Both the position numbers and the translations under genes were made by a program. Of a DNA stretch of 64,000 bases, positions 61,562 to 64,000 are shown piece by piece (within the stretch, counting starts at the first letter, position 1; each line of letters begins with the position of its first letter). The DNA lies in NCBI GenBank assembly GCA_963761885.1, contig CAVXIN010000003.1, positions 489,508-553,507 on the forward strand. Reading direction: 5' to 3'. The notes under the pieces were generated by a model. That model was not told where the DNA came from, ran no database searches, and was given only the letters and a program-made list of their open reading frames with translations. The DNA comes from an uncultured Gemmatimonadales bacterium. Its GTDB lineage: Bacteria > Gemmatimonadota > Gemmatimonadetes > Gemmatimonadales > GWC2-71-9.

Positions 61562-62325
61562 TCCGCTACGAGGGGTTCGCCAAGAGCTACGGGCGCGTCG
61601 CGGCCGTGGCGGGCGTGGACCTCTCGATGCGCGCGGGCGAGACCCTCGGGCTGATCGGTCCGAATGGCTCGGGCAAGAGCACCACCCTCAAGGCCGCCGT
61701 CGGCCTGGTGCGGCCGACACGCGGCCGGGTGCTGGTGGACGGGCTGGACGCCGCCCGAGGACCGGAGGCCCGCGCGTGTCTGGGGTACCTGCCGCAGCGG
61801 CTGTCGTTTCCGGAGGCGGTGACCGCCCGGGCGGCGATGCGCTTCTACGCCCGGCTGCGAGGCGCGGCGGCGGACGAGGCCGACGCCCTGCTGGAGCGGG
61901 TGGGCCTGGCCGACGCCGCCGGTCGTATCACCGACCAGTTCTCCGGCGGCATGCGGCAGCGACTCGGACTCGCCATCGCGCTGCTGGGCCACCCGCGGGC
62001 GCTGGTGCTCGACGAGCCCAGCGCGGCGCTCGACCCGACCGGCGCGCTCTTGGTGCGCGATCTTCTGCTGGAGATCGGCGCGGACGGCACCACCGTACTG
62101 CTCTCGTCGCACGACCTGGGCGAGGTGGCGGCGGTGGCGGATCGGATCGGCATCTTCGCGTCGGGCGCGATGGTCGCGCTCGGCACGCTGCCCGAGCTCG
62201 AGGCGCGCGCGGGCGCGCGCGGCCTCGAGGCCGTGTATCGCCGGCTCGCCGACGGCCTGGTGGGTTCGGCCGGTGCGGCGCAGGGATCGCATTGGCGCCG
62301 GCTGCCGGCCAGCGGTGCCGCATGA
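61558..62325 (+). CDS. nosF: NosF, ABC ATPase
   Basis: ATGA overlap with nosD. GPNGSGKSTTLK, FSGGMRQRLGLAIAL, LVLDEPSAALD. Confidence 0.85.
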   Translation: MIRYEGFAKSYGRVAAVAGVDLSMRAGETLGLIGPNGSGKSTTLKAAVGLVRPTRGRVLVDGLDAARGPEARACLGYLPQRLSFPEAVTARAAMRFYARLRGAAADEADALLERVGLADAAGRITDQFSGGMRQRLGLAIALLGHPRALVLDEPSAALDPTGALLVRDLLLEIGADGTTVLLSSHDLGEVAAVADRIGIFASGAMVALGTLPELEARAGARGLEAVYRRLADGLVGSAGAAQGSHWRRLPASGAA

Positions 62326-63164
62326 CGGCCCGCCACGCCCGCTCCGTCGCCGCCTGGGTGATCGCGGAGGCCGAGCTCCGGGCCGCGCTGTCGGGTCGCC
62401 TGGTGCAGGGGCTGGGAGCGCTCTTCGCGCTGCTGGCGGTGGCGATCACCGTGGCCGGGCTCGCGGCCAGCGGCCAGGTCCTGGTCCAGGGTTTCACCCG
62501 CACCGCGGTCTCGCTCCTGACGCTCGCGATCTACTTCCTTCCGCTGGTCGGCCTGGTGCTCGGCGCCCACGCCTTCGGCGCGGAGGATGGCGGTGCGGAG
62601 CTGCTGCTCGCCCAGCCGGTGGGTCGGGGCACGGTGCTGCTCGGCCGCTGCCTCGGCCTCGCCGCGACGCTGCTGCTGGTGGCGACGATCGGCTTCGGGC
62701 TCGCCGGACTCGTGGTGCTGATCGGGGCGGGACCGTCGGGAGCGGCGGGGTACTTTCTCGTCGCCGCCGGCAGCAGCGTCGTCGGATTCGCGGGTCTCGC
62801 CATCGGCGTGCTGCTGGGCGTGTCGGTGCGCCGCCGGGTGACGGCGGTGGCGATGGCGCTGGGCGCCTGGGTGGTGCTCGCGGTGCTGTTCGATTTCGCC
62901 GCGATCGCATTGCTGCAGTTCACCGGCACCGGGGAGCCGGGTCCGCTGCTGCTCCTCCTCCTGGCCGCCAATCCCATCGACGGCATGCGCGCGCTGGCGC
63001 TGGTCGGATTGGGGGCGGACGTGCTCCTCGGGCCGACGGGTGCCGCGCTCTCCCGGATGCTGGGACCCTCGGGAGGCGCGCTCCTGGTGGGCGCCGCTCT
63101 GCTCGCGTGGTGCGTAGGGCCACTCGCGTGCGCCGCCGTCGCGTATCGCCGCAGAGACTTCTGA
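62322..63164 (+). CDS. nosY: NosY, ABC-2 type permease
   Basis: ATGA overlap with nosF. It has six hydrophobic segments. Assignment is by position after nosF and by topology. Confidence 0.75.
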   Translation: MTARHARSVAAWVIAEAELRAALSGRLVQGLGALFALLAVAITVAGLAASGQVLVQGFTRTAVSLLTLAIYFLPLVGLVLGAHAFGAEDGGAELLLAQPVGRGTVLLGRCLGLAATLLLVATIGFGLAGLVVLIGAGPSGAAGYFLVAAGSSVVGFAGLAIGVLLGVSVRRRVTAVAMALGAWVVLAVLFDFAAIALLQFTGTGEPGPLLLLLLAANPIDGMRALALVGLGADVLLGPTGAALSRMLGPSGGALLVGAALLAWCVGPLACAAVAYRRRDF

Positions 63165-63190
63165 GCGGGCCGTGGGCAGGGCGGCGAGCG

Positions 63191-63829
63191 GTGATTCTGA
63201 TCGCGTTGCTCGCGGTCGCGGCGGTGATTCTCTCGGCCCGGCCGGTTCACGGCTGGCTGCTCGCGCAATTCGCGGCCGCGGAGGGAATCATCCGGCAGCA
63301 CGGACCGTGGAGCATGGGGATCTTCGTGCTTCTCGCGGCGATCTCGGCCATGGTCGCGTTCGCAAGCAGCTCGGTATTGATCCCGGTCGCGATCTACGCC
63401 TGGGGTCCCTGGGCCTGCATGGCGTTGTTGTGGTGTGGGTGGTTCCTGGGTGGCATCACGGCGTACGCGATCGGCCGCCTCCTGGGTCGCCCGCTGGTGA
63501 GTCGACTGATCCGGCCGTCGGCACTCGCGCGCCAGGAGCAGTGGGCGCGCTCCCGCCGATCCTTGCCGGCCATCGTACTGCTTCAGCTCGCGGTTCCGAC
63601 CGATCTGACGGGCTACGTCTTCGGGGTGATCCGATGCCCCTTCGTTCCCTACGCCCTGGCGCTCGGGTTGGCCGAGATCCCCTACGCGGCGGGGGCGGTC
63701 TTCCTCGGCCTCAGCTTCGTCGAACGACGGATCTGGCCCCTGCTGGGCGTGGGACTGGCCGGGGCGCTCTTGAGCATCGCCGCCCTGCGCGCCTCCCACC
63801 GCCACGCGAGCGCGACCAGCCAGGATTGA
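63191..63829 (+). CDS. DedA/VTT (TVP38/TMEM64)-family membrane protein
   Basis: GTG at 63191. Polytopic, with a VTT-like core (FLGGITAYAIGRLLGRPLV...LLQLAVPTDLTGYVFG). Confidence 0.65.
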   Translation: MILIALLAVAAVILSARPVHGWLLAQFAAAEGIIRQHGPWSMGIFVLLAAISAMVAFASSSVLIPVAIYAWGPWACMALLWCGWFLGGITAYAIGRLLGRPLVSRLIRPSALARQEQWARSRRSLPAIVLLQLAVPTDLTGYVFGVIRCPFVPYALALGLAEIPYAAGAVFLGLSFVERRIWPLLGVGLAGALLSIAALRASHRHASATSQD

Positions 63830-63851
63830 AGAATCCCTTCATGCAGGCTTC
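63827..63851 (+). promoter_or_regulatory. Shared cis motif, site c (upstream of the terminal Usp gene)
   Basis: TGAAGAATCCCTTCATGCAGGCTTC begins at the DedA-like stop codon and ends 36 nt upstream of ATG 63888. Confidence 0.4.
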
Positions 63852-63887
63852 ACGGCCTGGTCAGAGGCGGGAGTGCATGCTGTCGGC

Positions 63888-64000
63888 ATGAGGTCACCGC
63901 TCCGCGTCATCATGGTCCCGCTCGACGGCTCCGCCCTCTCGGCTCAGGGCCTGGAGATCGCCGCGACGATCGCCCGCTCTCACGGTGCAGAGCTCCACGT
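63888..64000 (+). CDS. Universal stress protein (3' end outside the window)
   Basis: MRSPLRVIMVPLDGSALSAQGLEIAATIARSHGAELH is a typical Usp N-terminus. Confidence 0.7.
   Translation, partial: MRSPLRVIMVPLDGSALSAQGLEIAATIARSHGAELH

Noticed and set aside
63841-63891. 16-codon ORF (MQASRPGQRRECMLSA) starting inside motif site c, considered as a leader peptide.
   Set aside because: It has no ribosome-binding site, the equivalent ATG is absent from sites a and b, and it is simply the tail of a long out-of-frame ORF (63172..63891).

Overview
Very GC-rich bacterial chromosomal window (G+C not computed). It holds about 60 protein genes and one tRNA-Asn. The gene content and a Sec/lipoprotein-type (clade II-like) nosZ cluster suggest a Gemmatimonadota-like organism; this is a low-confidence inference. 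Content runs as follows. Two tandem M28 peptidases and an EamA transporter come first. A long + strand run of overlapping genes follows: lepA, GT9 heptosyltransferase, ROK glucokinase, PfkB kinase, GHKL-ATPase/STAS-like pair, Cys/Met PLP enzyme, ftsE-ftsX-envC. Next are a REC-GAF-GGDEF protein, nfo, an OMP-like gene plus Zn-protease lipoprotein, pckA, an HD hydrolase, DUF411 plus a ferritin-like gene, and a GNAT. A minus-strand operon encodes a flippase-like protein, an ABC exporter, a triple-FHA protein and PP2C. Then come uvrA, an aromatic-amino-acid-type decarboxylase divergent from an EamA exporter, an AlkA-like glycosylase, an MBL-rhodanese fusion, tRNA-Asn, holB-moaC-SLT, mltD, two small hypothetical genes, DUF2064-ilvE, a PilZ protein, a DASS transporter, TauE and a PQQ sugar dehydrogenase. 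The last 16 kb is a metal/stress island: MarR, a CPH-type (CopB-like) ATPase, Usp-DUF2892-Usp, a GAF histidine kinase with an OmpR-type regulator, and a PCP-type ATPase. This island abuts cupredoxin-nosZ-nosB-like-nosD-nosF-nosY, a DedA-like gene and another Usp. I found no transposase, integrase, prophage, CRISPR array or recognisable defence system. Three points deserve a second look. (1) Roughly half the conserved genes are broken by single-base indels, mostly at G/C runs. The breaks are patchy and are most likely assembly error, so all frame-disrupted gene boundaries are approximate. (2) A two-copy element is built from tandem GGGCGGAC octamers plus a C-rich inverted arm, and one copy is read through in frame inside the PfkB gene. 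(3) A conserved cis motif lies 36-47 nt upstream of two Usp genes and the response regulator, and a second shared 10-mer lies upstream of the kinase and the regulator. Nothing here can be called a new biological system from sequence alone. The candidates listed are hypotheses.
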